Source: Octopus vulgaris
Taxonomy: Eukaryota
Direction: 5' to 3'
Assembly: GCA_951406725.2 (NCBI GenBank)
Contig: OX597818.1
Location: forward strand, 8,804,001-8,868,000
DNA length: 64,000 bases
Part shown: positions 25,826 through 39,948 of the stretch, one piece after another
Numbering within the stretch: position 1 is the stretch's first letter
How the letters are laid out: every line of letters begins with the position of its first letter
Program-made: the position numbers and the translations under genes
The notes under the pieces: generated by a model
Databases searched by the model: none
What the model saw: only the letters and a program-made list of their open reading frames with translations
What the model was told of the DNA's origin: nothing

Positions 25826-25989
25826 TACTGATATTCACGTCATTGAATTTTTGAATTTTTGAATTCAATTGTCTTCTCGCAAAAAAAGGTATGTTTACAT
25901 ATTTGGGTAGTCAGGGACACGTTTCATATAAAATTTAATATATTAATGTTTTAAAGTTTTCTTGAGATATTCGTTTGTCTTATTTTTAT

Positions 25990-26069
25990 CATTATAATTA
26001 TCATCATCATCATTATTATTATTATTATTATTATTACTATTATTATTATCATTATTATTATTATTATTA

Positions 26070-26142
<73 letters not shown>
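25990..26142. repeat. (TTA)/(TCA) microsatellite
   Basis: Seen directly. Confidence 0.96.
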
Positions 26143-26143
<1 letters not shown>

Positions 26144-29100
26144 AGGGGACTCTATTCGTGGATTTCAAAGAGGAAGAACGTGTGTTCATGAGCAGTATGT
26201 TTCTGTTCAATTTTTACAGAAAATATTGCTGTTGTGAAACTTTTGTACATTTCCGTGACCAGGCCGACTGGGCTCTTGCTGTGCTGAGCGATCAGGCGGA
26301 AGTTTTCCCCTTTTGTGGGGAATATTCAATTTAAATTCTCCATTTTAAAATTTTTAAATTTAAAAATTTGTAAAAAATATCCTTGAAAAAGAGTGTCACC
26401 ACTCCCTTTTTTTTTTACCCTCCCCATTTCTGTTGTCGGAAGACAGCCAAAAGAGTTTGAAAATTAATTGTCTCTGCCCACACCGCGCATTAATATGCAA
26501 AGAGTGGGATGACCAAAGTCTTGTTAGACGCGAGAAAGAAGATGTAAAGAGCAAGGAAATTCAGCTACTGGACGCTCCCAGCGTCGCAACACCTGTGAAC
26601 CCTAGTCTTCACACAACCACCACTAACACTAACACATTAAACACTCAGCAACAACAACCCAATGCATTAAACAGCCGAGCTTTTGTTCCAATGGTAAAAC
26701 TTAGAACTGAATTCATTAAGATTTCTGTAGAATCGCTCAAAGACTACAGAAACATTTTAAAACGAAAAGGCGAAAGATGCATTTCGATAAACACACCTCC
26801 AGATATTATAGACAACACAAACAAACGTACTATAGTGTAACAATGATATCTTTAAAAAACAGACATTTAGAATCTGCCACAAATCAAGCAGTTGAAAAAT
26901 GCTTCCAAACTATTTGGAAAAACGTAACATATCTGCCAAGGGGTAAGAAATATGGTACACTTGAAGTCAGAATTGCTACAGAAAACGTAGCGAAACAGCA
27001 CTCAACAGCCCAGCCGAGAAGCAGTGGATTTCTCCTAGTTTCAACAGACACGGAACGGCGCGTCGCCAGGATAAATACATTGGCGATATTACCAGAAATG
27101 AACGCTTAATGGATTGTCGTAGCCGTTCTCCTCAACTTGGAAGATAAAATCAGAATGATCCAAGTCGAGAAACATGAGTAAAACAACTGGCCTGCTCAGG
27201 AATTGCAAATAATGGTCCAAATAAAACAAGAACTTTTGGAACAAATTCCTAACCAACTCAGCCTTCCAGATCACACTAGGCTGAACGTCACAGTTGAGTG
27301 CTGAAAGCCAAGATATTATCAATGCAGAGAGAATAACCATGTGAAAGCATTCTCCCGCAACTAAAGGAGGATGGCACTACCCCTGATGCAACACCACCCA
27401 CACCACAACAACTGAAGTAACTGCAACAACAAAAACAACCCAAACAAAAGAAACGCCCAAGAAAAGAAAGCAAAGAAGAATGCAGCAAAAACACCAATAC
27501 CCCACCACCACCACCACTACTAACTATACGAGAGTCAACAACGCCACCAAAAACAGAGGTACTGACCATAACCACCACCGCAGCACCTACAAAAGACTAA
27601 CAACGCGGCTCTTGACAGAGGAACAAAAGGCATCAGCAAATTTCGTCCCACTGCAACTACCCCTTCCCGACAATGACCACTCAGACATATTGCGTGGAGA
27701 GTACTGAGTGGACAGGTCACATATAAAAGACTAAGAAAAAGACACAACTGTACACAAACAAATAAACAAGCTGTATCTCCCACCAAAATAAAACAATGAA
27801 AATCACCTGAAAACATCAACAACACACAAACACTCAAGCTTCCAATACCTTCAGCAATAATACCACTACCAACACCAAAGAAACAGCCAATAGCACAAGG
27901 CACAGCAGGGTTTGGATCTCAAAATTAAGTCAGTCTTCTTGGAGCCATAAGGCAAGCTGCTGGTCCTGGACATGAATGGTAGTAACGGTGGGACTTTCAG
28001 ACTGGTGGCTGTTTACGCACCGCCAGGTGCAGGACAGCCGGAATACTTCAGGCGTCTGGAGATCTTCCTGGGTATGTCCCTAACTTTAGTATTAGTGTGT
28101 GATATCAATGCTATCTTAGATGCACAATTGGACACTGTGGGGCCAGCCAATAAAAAAGGGGGTTGCAAATGCCTCGCATACATGCTCAGAAACTTTCAAC
28201 TGCTTGACAAGTACCGACTGGATTTCACGAATGTGCCAGTGTGGACATGGGTGAACCTCATCGACACATCCGCGTCGTATATAGATAAAATATTTTGAAA
28301 GTCTCTAGATAGTGGGATAGTATTAGTTGTCCACAATTTCAAATCATCGGCTACACAGATCACAAATTGGTGACTTGTAAGGTCGACTTATGTAGCATAC
28401 GTAGACAGGTCCACGGCTACTGGATGCTGAAATCGTTACTCCCGGCGGGCCAGATTATAGAGTTAGTTCAGAAAGCTTTGTGGAAATCTTTAACAATAAA
28501 TGGTGATATAACTTTAAAAAAAGCATCAAAATAGAATCGTTTAGAGTTAGTAAAGTCTTAGCTGTAGAAAGAAATTGATTAGGGGCGGATTTAGTGAGAA
28601 AGTTAGAAGTGGCGATTAGGAAAGGCATTACAACTGTCTTGCTGGCAGCGAGGTTGGCCTTCGATGAACACTTCAACGCCAAGCATGAAAGATACATTGT
28701 CAGAGCAAAGGCACGGGCTCTGAGACAAGATGGTACCAAAGCTGCTCGATGGGCCCGGGTGTAAAATTGCAACAAAATCACCATTCGGTCTTTAGTGAAC
28801 CAAAATAGGTGCACAGTGAACAAGCCGGAGCAGATGTGTGCGGTATTTCAGCAGCATTTTGCCGAATTGTTCGAGACGAATGGTGGGCCATATCGCAGGA
28901 TGGATTTCCCTGCCAACCTCGATGGCCTGCCACGACTCTCAGGAAGAGATGCAGAGTGTTGCAAAAGGCCGATAACAATTGAGGAAATACGGGATGAGGT
29001 GATGGGCAGCACCGGGGACAAATCACTGGAAGTAGATGGTCTGGCCTGCGAGCTTTATTCCAATATGCCAGACTTGTTTGCAGGTACGTGGCAGATATAT

Positions 29101-29181
29101 ACTACAGCTGGCAATAGAATTCCCAAATATGTGAGCCGAGGAGCAGTACTACTGCTTAGAAAGTATCTAAATAAGGGGGAG
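26143..29181 (+). mobile_element. L1/Tx1-like LINE relic: 5' UTR, degraded ORF1, APE endonuclease and start of RT
   Basis: FRLVAVYAP..LVLVCDINAILD..WTW..SYIDKI, TDHKLV, GYW, KSLEVDGL.CELY. Begins directly after a (TTA)n tract. Confidence 0.85.
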
Positions 29182-29327
29182 GTACGTTATTTACAATTGA
29201 CCGATATTTGTCCTCATCTTGTTTGTTATTAACACAACGTTTCGGCTGATATACCCTCCAGGCTTCGTCAGCTGTCTTGGGAATAATTCGAACCTGGGTT
29301 CTCATTCTTAAGGTATTTTTCGATGTT
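29182..29327 (-). mobile_element. Short Penelope-like (pLTR-type) repeat containing a minimal hammerhead
   Basis: Interrupts the Tx1 relic; contains CUGACGA-stem-GAAACGUU on the minus strand. PLE origin is inferred. Confidence 0.65.
29231..29277 (-). ncRNA. Minimal type I hammerhead ribozyme (decayed)
   Basis: GACAG CUGACGA A GCCUG..CAGCC GAA ACGU U GUGUU, with one mismatch in stem I and one in stem II. Confidence 0.7.
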
Positions 29328-29331
29328 GTTG

Positions 29332-29389
<58 letters not shown>

Positions 29390-32300
29390 CTTTTTTTTCT
29401 TCCTTCAAATTTGCTTCCATTTCTTGCCGAGTGTCTTCCCGACTCCTAAGGCAAAGAAACACATAGTATACATTGGTAGGCCATTAAACTAAACTCACTA
29501 GTTCGTTCATTTTCTTTATTTAAGTTAAATTAAAATACACGGGTAGTAATAGTTCTCACATCGACAATGCTCTTCTCAATACGTGTGATGTACCAGTTAA
29601 GAACATATTTTGCACTTCTTGCAGGGATGGTAAACCAGGGATCATTCTCATATAATTTTCGGTTTCCTTCTTGATCATTCCTAGTGTTCCTACGATCACT
29701 GGTATTGTAATCGCCTTGAGATGCCACATTTTCTCAATTTCAATGAGCAGGTATTTATATTTTCTGAGCTTGTCAAACTCTTTCGCCGAGATATAATGAT
29801 CACAGGGGATGCTCATGTCGATCAATAAGCAAACTTTATTGTTTTGGTCTTTCACAACAATATCTGGTTTATTGGCTTTGATGGTTCGGTCTGTATGTAC
29901 TGGAAAGTCTCACAGAATCGTTACATTTTCTCCTTCAGTTACAGCTTCAGGGTGGTGATTATACCACTTGTCGGCAGTTTTAATATTGTAATGCCGACTT
30001 ATTAGCCAGTGTAGATATTGGCCAACTCTGTCATGTCTTAATTTATACACCACTGGTGCTAAGACTTTACATCCAGAGATTAGGTGGTCCACTGTTTCAA
30101 TCATGTCGTTGCAGAATCCGCATTTTGGGTCTGCTCCATTTTTCATCACCTTGGCCTGGTAGTTCCGGGTTAATAGGCTTTGATCTTGAGCAGCCTGGAT
30201 GAAACCTTCGCTCTCTGCTTTTAGCCCTGAGCTCCGTAGCCACTGATGGGTTTGCTTCTGGTCGACATCAGCTTATTTGCTGCGGGCCACATATTTGCCG
30301 TGCAGAGGTTTCTCCTCCCACCTATCAGCCAATTGCTCGTGCGCTTTTTTCGTTGCCATTATTTTCACCTTCTTTGCAACAATAGTTGCCGTACTTCCCT
30401 CGGGTTGTTCAGTTTGGGTATCCTGCATGAGATCAATAACAAATTTTTTGCTTTCCTTTATGATAGAATGAAGCTTCTTTCGTCTCTCGTGATTTTCCAC
30501 GAGCTTTAGCATCCAGTCATTCGTTATTTCGAGATATTTGGCCAGTCCAATTGTGGTTGTTTTGTAAGCTAGTTCAAATTGGATCAGGCCTCGACCTCCT
30601 TGGGCTCTGGGAAGGTAAACGCGATCTACGTCTGCCTTTGGGTGGTGCATTCTATTACAACTCAGCAGCTTGCGTATTTTCCTATCTATATTCTTTACTT
30701 CACTCATATTCCAGTTCAACACTTTGTAGCTATAAGTAACAACTGGAACTACTAAGGAATTTATAGCTAACACCTTGTTACGTGCATTTAGTTCAGATTT
30801 CAGGACTGCATGAACTCTCCTATAACATTCCTTCCTGATCTTCTCTTTCATGCTTGCATACTGAATACCAAAGCCTTCATTTATCCCTAAATATTTGTAT
30901 GTTTGTTCTTGCTCAAGCTCTCTTATGACTTTGTCAACATCTAACACGACTGAATTTGTGGTCTTCACTTTCCCTTTCTGGAAAGTGGCCTTGGCACACT
31001 TCTCAAGCCCAAACTCCATCCCGATGTCATCGCTGAATGCTTTCACAGTGCCTTCAAGTTCATCATCTTTACCATAGAGTTTTAAGTCATCCATATAAAA
31101 TAGATGGCTTATTTTTTTATTGGCAATTTTATACCCATACCCTGTTCTGTTTAATTCACTTGTAAGGGGTATTAGGGCTATGCAGAATATTAAAGGTGAA
31201 AGTGAGTCACCTTGAAAAATTCCACAGTTGATGTTTACATATTCTGAGGCAAGTACTCCATTAGAGTGGTTTAATTGGAGATTCGTATTCCACAACGACA
31301 TATTGTGCTTCAGGAAGCTTGAAACAACAGGGGAAAATTTTGAAGATGTCCAGCGATCTCAAGGTCCAAGGATGCGGTATACTGTCGAAGGCCTTTTTAT
31401 AGTCAATCCATGCGAAGCTGAGATTTCTGCGCTTGTTGTGACAGTTCTCAATGATCATAAGATTAATTAGCAGGTGATCTTTGCATCCGTATGAGCATCG
31501 GCGGCACCCTTTTTGTTCAATAGGGAAAATATCGTTCTTCTCCATGAATGCATAAGTTTTTCTCCGCCAGGATTGATATTAGGATTTTATACGTGGTGGA
31601 AAGACAGGTTATAGGCCGATAGTTTTTTGGAAGGGTGGTTTCGTTATTCTTTGGGAGTAGGTAAGTAATACCACTTGCTAACCATTCAGGTGTTTTCTTT
31701 GGGTCTCTCATAATTCCATTGAGCAGCTGAACTAGCTTACCGTGTGCGCATGGGAGCGATGCGAGCCAGAAATTCGGCACCCTATCTTTACCGGGGGATT
31801 TCCAATTATGGGCCTTCGTGAGTGCCTTTCTTAGGTCTGCTATTGTGATGTCTTCCCATGTTTGTTGTTAATTTTGGTAGGATCTTTTTGTTTGTATAAT
31901 CCAGTCAGCATTTATGTTGTACGTCTTCTTGTCACTCCAAATACTTTTCCAAAAGTTTTGAACTTCTTCCATGGGAGGGGGGTCTTTAACGGTTACTTTC
32001 TCCTTCCCTATTTCTCTGTAGAATTTTTTGGCATTGGATATGAACAGCTTATTTTGCTTGTAAAACTTGTTTCTCTTCTCAAATCTTCGTATTCTTTGGG
32101 CTTTTACTTCTCCAGGTTTGATTTCTTCCCAGGTTTGGTTTTCTTTGTTTTTTCGGTTTCAATTGCCCTAGCAGGAGCGTAAATAATTTCATTTAACTCA
32201 ATAAAATCATGTTTTAATTCTTGTATTATTTCATTTGTTACATAGTTGCCAATTTGGATTTGTTTTTTTATTTTGGTTTGTATTTGAGAGTTTATGAAGT

Positions 32301-33240
32301 GGTTCTCTATCATTCATACTTGTATGTCCTACAACTTCAAGCGTATTCAGGATTTTCTGCCTCATTTCTGCCATAGACTATCTGTGTTCTTCAGCGAATG
32401 CGAGATCTTCAGTTACTGTTGTTTTATCATTTTCCTGGCTATCTTTAACAGGTTCAATAGAATTTCTTGTATCTTCAGGCCTTTGCGTACTTTGGTCAGA
32501 TGGCAGTCTTTCAATTAAGCCTCGTGGCGGGCTATACTGTTCATCTGATTCTTCATTTCCTTTGTGTCTTATATTTATGTCATTTTCCGTTGCGTGCTTG
32601 ATCGCGCTTATTTCACTGCCTGCGAGTCTGTTATTTCTAAGGATATCCTTCCTCACATTTGCCAATTTGTTCTCGTCCAAATAGGGCCTACTGTCTTGAT
32701 TCCGTGTTCTCCATATACTGTAAGAGTTTGCGGTGTGTCTCTCTTGAGATGGCCTACCTAATGCATAGTAATAAGCGTATATTACTTCTTTATACTCTTC
32801 TCGAATCCATTTGTTCCGCTTACATTTTTCTTTCTGTGGTGGTTGTGGTTGTGAACTTGGAGGGCTCGAGTTAAGGAAATTCCCGTTCAAGTGACCATCC
32901 ATGTCCGTATTCGGAGAAGAGTTTGTGCCAGTTGATGACGTTTCGATCCCAGGCTGGCTCTTCCATGGGGGACGCGCTTCCAGATTAACCGTAGGACAAG
33001 CGATTTGGTATACTGATTTAGTTTTCCTTTTAGTTTCCAAAAACATTTTGGTGCTACGATAATGTTATCATTTTTGAGCTTTGATTGGCTCGTGGGGAAA
33101 CGGCCATCATTGCCGTTACAATTATAATCGTACCATTATAGCAGCCGTAGTCGGCTTATTATTGTTATTATCATCACCTTTATTATCACTTTTATCATTG
33201 TCACCACTATTACTATCATCATTATCATCATCACCATCAC

Positions 33241-33326
<86 letters not shown>

Positions 33327-33330
33327 ATGA
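29390..33330 (-). mobile_element. Near full-length frameshifted RLE LINE, family B
   Basis: ORFs 32378..33046 (KWIREEY, LANVR), 31517..31780, 31261..31545, 30273..31301 (FYMDD), 29910..30149 (CGFC..H..C, RHD), 29556..29855. TTA tracts at both ends; (CAT)n at 33225..33325. Confidence 0.95.
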
Positions 33331-33335
33331 TATTG

Positions 33336-33385
<50 letters not shown>

Positions 33386-34640
33386 GTTAAAGATGTGGCA
33401 CAGTATCCACTATAGTGATGTTGTTGATTGATGATATTGTGTGTACCAAGGATTTGACTGTCTGTCAAGTCACAAGGAACTCAGACAGACAATATATTAC
33501 ACAATATGCACGCTGTTCCAAGTAATGGTGATTTTTGCAATACACCTATATTGTAGGGTATTTCTGAATTATTTTCTTCAGGTTGGGTGGTATTGAATCC
33601 AATCCTCCGAAGATAATAGGGACAAACTTTATGTTTGACTCTCGTAGCAGCCTCATCATGGTGATCTCAATTTTCAGGCCTCCATATTTATCCATCTTTT
33701 CTCTTTCTTTCATGATAATATATTGATTAATTGGCCCTGTCACGTCGATTATTAGGCACTCTGTTTCGTCTTTCCAAAAGGTTACTATACCCGGCCTTCG
33801 GTTCTCTTACACGTTGTCTGTCTGGAAGTCAAAGTCGCGGAGGTATTTTGCCTTCTCTTTTTCGTTTTTATCTTTTCCGGTGTATGTTAGTACCATGCAC
33901 CCATTATCTCGTGTCCATGATTCCGGCATATTAGCCACTGAATGTTTTGGGCTGCCTTGTCGTGATGGCGTATGTACTGTTTCTGCGCAAGACTTTCATA
34001 AGCACAAAAATTGAGAGTCTCGTTTTCGACCCTCTTCCCACACATTCGGAAGGGTTCGTTGCACTTGTGTGGTATATATCCCTTTGCACTCAGTTAGTAT
34101 TAAATGCCTGATTCTGAGCAGCGATGAATAAACTGTCAGTATTCGGTTTTAGGTCACCCTTCTGCATTAGCAGCATACTGTAGGTCTTGTTTTCTGTTTA
34201 CCAGATACACCTCCATGTTTCTTCTTTTACTGTTGATGCACTCCTGTTCGCTGATCAGCCCACGCCAAACTTTACTCCACTTCATGTAGAGCCTGTGTAC
34301 ATTCGGCTTACTGTGGAGGACACTATACATTGTCATAGGCGGCGAGCTGGCAGAACCGCTAGCACGCCGGGCGAAATGCGTAGCCGTATTTCGTCTGCCG
34401 CTACGTTCTGAGTTCAAATTCCGCCGAGGTCGACTTTGCCTTTCATCCTTTCTGGGTCGATAAATTAAGTAACAGTTAAGCACTGGGGTCGATGAAATCG
34501 TCTTAATCCGTTTGTCTGTCCTTGTTTGTCCCCTCTATGTTTAGCCCCTTATGGGTAATAAAGAAACATATACATTGTCATTGCCTTTCAGGTAGTGCGA
34601 TCGAGTTGTTTAATCTCCGCTTTATAATTATTACTTATCA
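33386..34640 (-). mobile_element. Degraded 3' part of RLE LINE family F, interrupted by a SINE
   Basis: HSKPNVHRLYMK..GRGLIS, FIAAQNQ, KYGGLKIEI..VPIIFGGL; 3' end abuts (TTA)n 33338..33385. Confidence 0.83.
34337..34568 (+). mobile_element. tRNA-derived SINE with 13-bp target-site duplication
   Basis: A-box-like gagctggcagaa, B-box-like gagttcaaattcc, gcctttcatcctttc..ggtcgataaa core (resembles the Meta/MESC domain). TSD tatacattgtcat at 34324..34336 and 34569..34581. Confidence 0.92.
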
Positions 34641-34779
34641 CCAGTGGCCGTCATGATTTTGAAGTTCAGTAAGAAGAGTGCACTTTGTTTTTCTTATCAT
34701 AAGATAAATGTTATTAATTTCCTTGCTATATATTTTTTTCAAGGTGACCTGGTCTATATTCGTCTGCTCAGCAGTTAGG

Positions 34780-35014
34780 TTTACCTACTCTAGAAGGGGA
34801 AAAATTTGGAAAGAAAATTTTCGTTCTGAGACATTGAAAAAGTTCAATACGGCACTGTCTTCCTAGCCGAATTAAGAAGAGAAGAAAGTGGGAGGAGAAT
34901 TCAAAAGCGAAATTATTTATCGACCTCAATTTCTCCCCACAATTTTTACGAACATCAGCAGTGGCAGCAGCACCGACAACAGAAACAGTAACTACAACAA
35001 TAAGAGCAACAACA

Positions 35015-35067
<53 letters not shown>

Positions 35068-37010
35068 CGCCGCTGCTGCTGCTGTTTCTGCCGTTGTTAT
35101 TGCTACTAACTACAGTAGCATCACCAGTATGGTCAAGGAAATATCGAGTAGCAAAGCTCTAAAATTCACCAACAGCAACGAAGCGTGCATTATGAGCACA
35201 ATCACCACAAACTGCAACACGAATAAGAAATAATATAACCATTGAAAACGACACTTGAAATACCGACAGTATTAAAACTCGAAACAAAAATATCACTATT
35301 GCGAAAATAATTAATGTATTTGATGTGGTACCACTAAAAAACAAGGATGATTCGTTAACGGTGACCGAAAAGCATGTATTGCGACACGATAAAAAAAAAG
35401 GTTACACTATATATATATCACAGAATCTTTTAGCGAAAACTATTAAGCCTCAACGCATGTCTATTATAAGGCGGAAGTTAGGATGCATAACTTCAGACTA
35501 AGCTCAGCTCTGCTTAAAAAGTATATGGGGTGACGTCAGTTTTGCCAGTATGCTCCGAAACTCGTCTACATCAAGATTATCTTCCGCTCAGGACATTTAA
35601 CTCAGAAACAATTCACAATCAAACTAAATATGGAAGAGTTCACATTATTGCCAATTTACCTGGGACGGAGTGCGATCCTCCGCATAAAAATATCAAACAT
35701 GATACCAGAAATTGATTTCTGCTGTGTAATGAAATGTGTGATGCTGGAAGTTCCCAGTATAATTCTCGAAATGAAAAAGTTTAATTGGATAATTGAGTGG
35801 TGATGTTGTTGGAAATGTTTAGTCAAACCGAAGAAACCGGACACGATTCCCAAACTAATACAGAGATCTGATTGGAGTAGCAATTGCAATTGGTTGTGGA
35901 AGACAGAAGGCGGTAATGCTACCAACGACAAAGGAAGCTTCCATTCCTGTCAACACCACAATTTCTGCAACAACTTCAAAATCTGCATGCAAACACCTCT
36001 CCAGTGATTGCAGCACCAATCACAGGACAGGAAGTTGGAGTTACAACTGTTGTTAAACAGGAGCAACAAATTAAGAGTGGAAACAACAGCGGCAAAAAAC
36101 AAATACTACCTGCAAGAGGAACCACTCGCCGATAACAGCAGCAACTGGAAACCCCCAAATAGCACAAGAAGTAATGACCCACGAGATTTTGCCCTCCTTC
36201 TGTAGAAACACACAAATATCTCTTACAGTGAAAGGGCCTCTCAATAGGCTAAATGGCAAAATGTTAGTAAGGCAAAGAAATGAAAAGTAACTAAAGCATA
36301 TCAATACCAACACAACATACTGAAGATATGAAGAAATGGGTTGGGATGATTTTTAGAAACAATACTCAAACGCCAATACTATCAGCAGCTACATCAATAT
36401 ATTGTCAACAACATCATTCCAATCACTTCCACCACCATTATCACAGATATCACCATTACAAGCACAACCTAATTCACGCTCACAACAGCTAGGTCACAAA
36501 CCACAAAACCAACAAATTAAGCATCATTAAGTTTATTGCTATAAAAACGAGCAATAAACCACCGATGGAACTCATACACAGCCATACAGACATCACACTT
36601 GGGAATTTCAACACAACAACACACATAAAAATCATCAACAACGCATAGCATACACAATACTATAAAATACAAATATTCCGAAGTAGTAGAGACTTTCAGG
36701 AGAAGCGTTAACTGTTCATGGAAATAACCACATCTAGCTAGAGGAACTGATAACTACCCCCATCTCACCTACAAAATCTCTGAAAGTAGCTTATTCTTCT
36801 TCTTATACCCAATTGTCTAACATTGCCACATGACATTGATCAGAATAAGTAGTACAAATGCATCCTGTCTGGGTTCGTCTCGGAACAAGTCCACCTATTC
36901 AACGACACCAGGTCACTAAGTATAGGTGGTATAGACATCAGTGAAAGCTGATATTCCGATCTGCAAGATTTTATGCCCATTTTCAGTGAATACAAAATTT
37001 ACTTACCTCC
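34780..37010 (+). mobile_element. Highly degraded 5' half of an L1/Tx1-like LINE
   Basis: Blocks resemble 42150..44150 (36565 atggaactcatacacagccatacagacatc vs 43621; ~36870..37010 resembles the APE start); Thr/Gln-rich ORF1-like composition. Confidence 0.55.
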
Positions 37011-37104
37011 CGGCGCCTTTTTGGATCGATAAAATAAAGGTCCAATCAAATATTAGGTTGGATGTTATTAAATAACACTTTTTAAACAAAATTATTATAA
37101 TATT

Positions 37105-37752
37105 TGTGAGGTAGCAGAATCTTTAATATGTTGGAGAAAATGCTTCCCGGTCTATCTTCCTACTGTTTACGTTCTCAGTTCCAATCCGACCAAACTCAAT
37201 TTTGCCCTTAATTTCTTCGGTGTTGATTAAAATAAGTACCATTTCAGCCCCAAAGTGAATACAATTGGTTTACAATCTCCAGCTAAAACTCCGAGTCTTG
37301 TGTCAAATAGCAATCACAGCAATCGCAGCGGCAATGCCTGAAATTCTAGAAGAAGCTGGTAATTCGATAACACCGACTCCAGTGCTCAACTGGTACTTAT
37401 TTTATCGATCCTGAAGCGATGGAAGTCAAAATCGACCTCAGCAGTATTTTATCTCAGAACGTAAAGGTAAACGGAATACTGCGAAGAATTTTGCCCGGCG
37501 TGCTAATAATTCTATCAACCCACCACCTTACTAAGAATAATCTTTTCTACTAAAGGAATAAAGACTGAAATTTGGAGGAGGGGATAGTCGATTACACCGA
37601 CACCAGTACTGCAGTGGTACTTAACTTATCGATCTCGAAAGGATGAAAAGCAAAGTCGACCTCGACGGGATTTGAACTCAAAACGTTAAGACAGCTGGAA
37701 TGACACTAAGCATTTTGCCCGGAGTGCTAACGATTCTACCAACTCACCACTT
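37105..37752. mobile_element. Cluster of three SINE copies (37105..37310 +, 37340..37530 -, 37540..37752 -)
   Basis: Each carries the cgttct(g/c)agtt..aa..ccg and ctttcatcc..tcgataa..taagtacc blocks or their reverse complements. Confidence 0.8.
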
Positions 37753-37763
37753 TACATTACTAG

Positions 37764-37870
<107 letters not shown>

Positions 37871-39886
37871 CATTCTTTTATTGGCCTCAAGTGCTGACAA
37901 AAATCAATTATCACATAAAAGGGACAAAACAGGACGAAAGGTTACAAAGGGTTTTGTCCGTTTGTAAAATCCCAGTAAAAAAGCAGTTTAACAACGAAAG
38001 ATTATAACAATGAAAATCTCCCAAAAGGGGGAGACGTTACGAAATGTTCCTGGTGGAAAAAACCCATAAATGCCAACGGAAGCCTGGTCAAAAGGTGAGG
38101 GTAGAGAACCCCTTTCTCCTTTTATATTACCTTTTTAAATCACAGGTGTAACCTCAGAATGGCTCCTTTCATACTGGCAATTCTTGCGACATTTATCCAC
38201 CATTCAGTAAACTTGCTATCGGACAGCACTTCCCTGTCTACTCTCACCTTCCTTTTCAAATAAAACTTGAAAAAGTTGATGAGGCCTGAGCCAAAGAGAA
38301 AAGTGTCAGACCTTAGCCCTTTCAAACGGGTCCACTATACCACCGCTTTCGCTACAGCCACTAGGCAAAGGAAAACTGCCTTGCCCTCCCGGTTAAAGGA
38401 GGTCGGCGGGGCAATCTTCACTATGGATTCAGCTGATAGCCGGATCCGTCCCATACGCGACAGTAGCTGTTCGACATAAACCCATAGTTCAGCAATACTC
38501 GGACACTGGACGAGCGCGTTCAGAACGGTTTCGTCGTCCTGGCAGCACCTGGGGCAAGTCCGGTTGACGGCATTTACGTGCCGGTAGAGTTTATCTCGAA
38601 CAGGCAGAGCCCCTCGGTAACACTGCCGGGCGAGGGACCTCTGGAAATTATCCATTGGCCCCGGCCCGAAAGTCCTTCCGAACAGACTGCTCAGCACGTT
38701 ATCGTCAACGCCTAGAGTTTCCCCGAGAACGTCGTCGCACTTTTCTTCCACTAACCCTCTATAGAACGCTAGAGTGGAACTACTACCGATTGCAAATTCC
38801 CGCTTGGCGGAGGGCGGAGAGAGCTTGACGGCACTCGAGGTGCCAAGCGCCCTTTTTCGGTCTGCGTTTGATCCAGGTCTGCAGCTCTGTCAAAGAGACG
38901 AGCAGTGGAAAATCGCGTCTGACAAAAGACGACCACTCCTGTTCACCGTCTAGGAAACGCTTGAGATGCCGTGGCCTGAGCGCATGTCTGCGCATCAGTA
39001 ACCACGGCATGCCAAGGTCTCCGTTCAGCGGTCGTTGACAGCAGATGGATCGCCTGACGAGTGGTACATTACCCTTTCACAAAACGTCGAAGAGCAAGCG
39101 TACCAGGGGTCGGGACAAGGGACGACAGTCAAGCGGTAATAGATGACGGATGCGATGTACGCATTCGCCACATCCGCTCGACCTTTCAAGGACAGCTTCC
39201 TCTCGGCCCATTTCTGGGTGAGATTGGCCACCCTGCTCGTCACTTCTTCCCAGTTTTTATCCACCTGGAGGTCTGGACCGAACCAGACTCCGAGCAGTTT
39301 AACGGGTCCGCCTGTCCAGCGCCCTACGACGCTGTTGGACGGCAAGGACTTGCCTCTCCAGGTGCCTAGTTGCAAGCCCACGCACTTTTCCGCGTTAATT
39401 TTAGCCCCTGTCACCGCTTCGTATTCGGTGACGTCGTCGGCATAGGCAGACACGCTGTGTCCACCTCCTAGATCGCGCGGGATACCCCTCAAAGCCTCCA
39501 ATTTTCATAGTAATGGCTCGTGAGTCATTACATACAAGAGGGAGGAGAGAGGGCATTCTTGGCGGACCGAACGCGAGATGTCAAACGGCTCTGAAAGGTG
39601 ACCGTTCACCCGTATTACCGAGCAGATGTTGCTGTATAAAGCAGCGATCAAGCCGGCTGCCTTGAGAACAGCCGCTAGGTATCGATGGTCGACCCCATCG
39701 AAGGCTTTACTCTGATGTAAATTGATCAAAGCCCCACCCGCGCCAGCGTGGTTACCCACCCTCACTATGGTGTAGCGCATGAGATGGAGATTATCGTGTA
39801 TCGACCTGGTCGGCACGGCGCATGTCTGCGCCTTGCCAACCATCTTGTCCACGACAAGGGCCAATCTCTTGGCTAACACCTTAGCC
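37871..39886 (-). mobile_element. 5'-truncated L1/Tx1-like LINE (RT, CCHC, 3' UTR)
   Basis: SKAFDGVDH, SVRQECPLS, AYADDV, KLLGVWF, LSLKGR, TCPRC..ETV.NAL..C. The 3' UTR ends aataaaagaatgaa then (TTA)n. Confidence 0.93.

Positions 39887-39946
<60 letters not shown>
39887..39946. repeat. (TTA)n microsatellite
   Basis: Seen directly. Confidence 0.97.
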
Positions 39947-39948
<2 letters not shown>

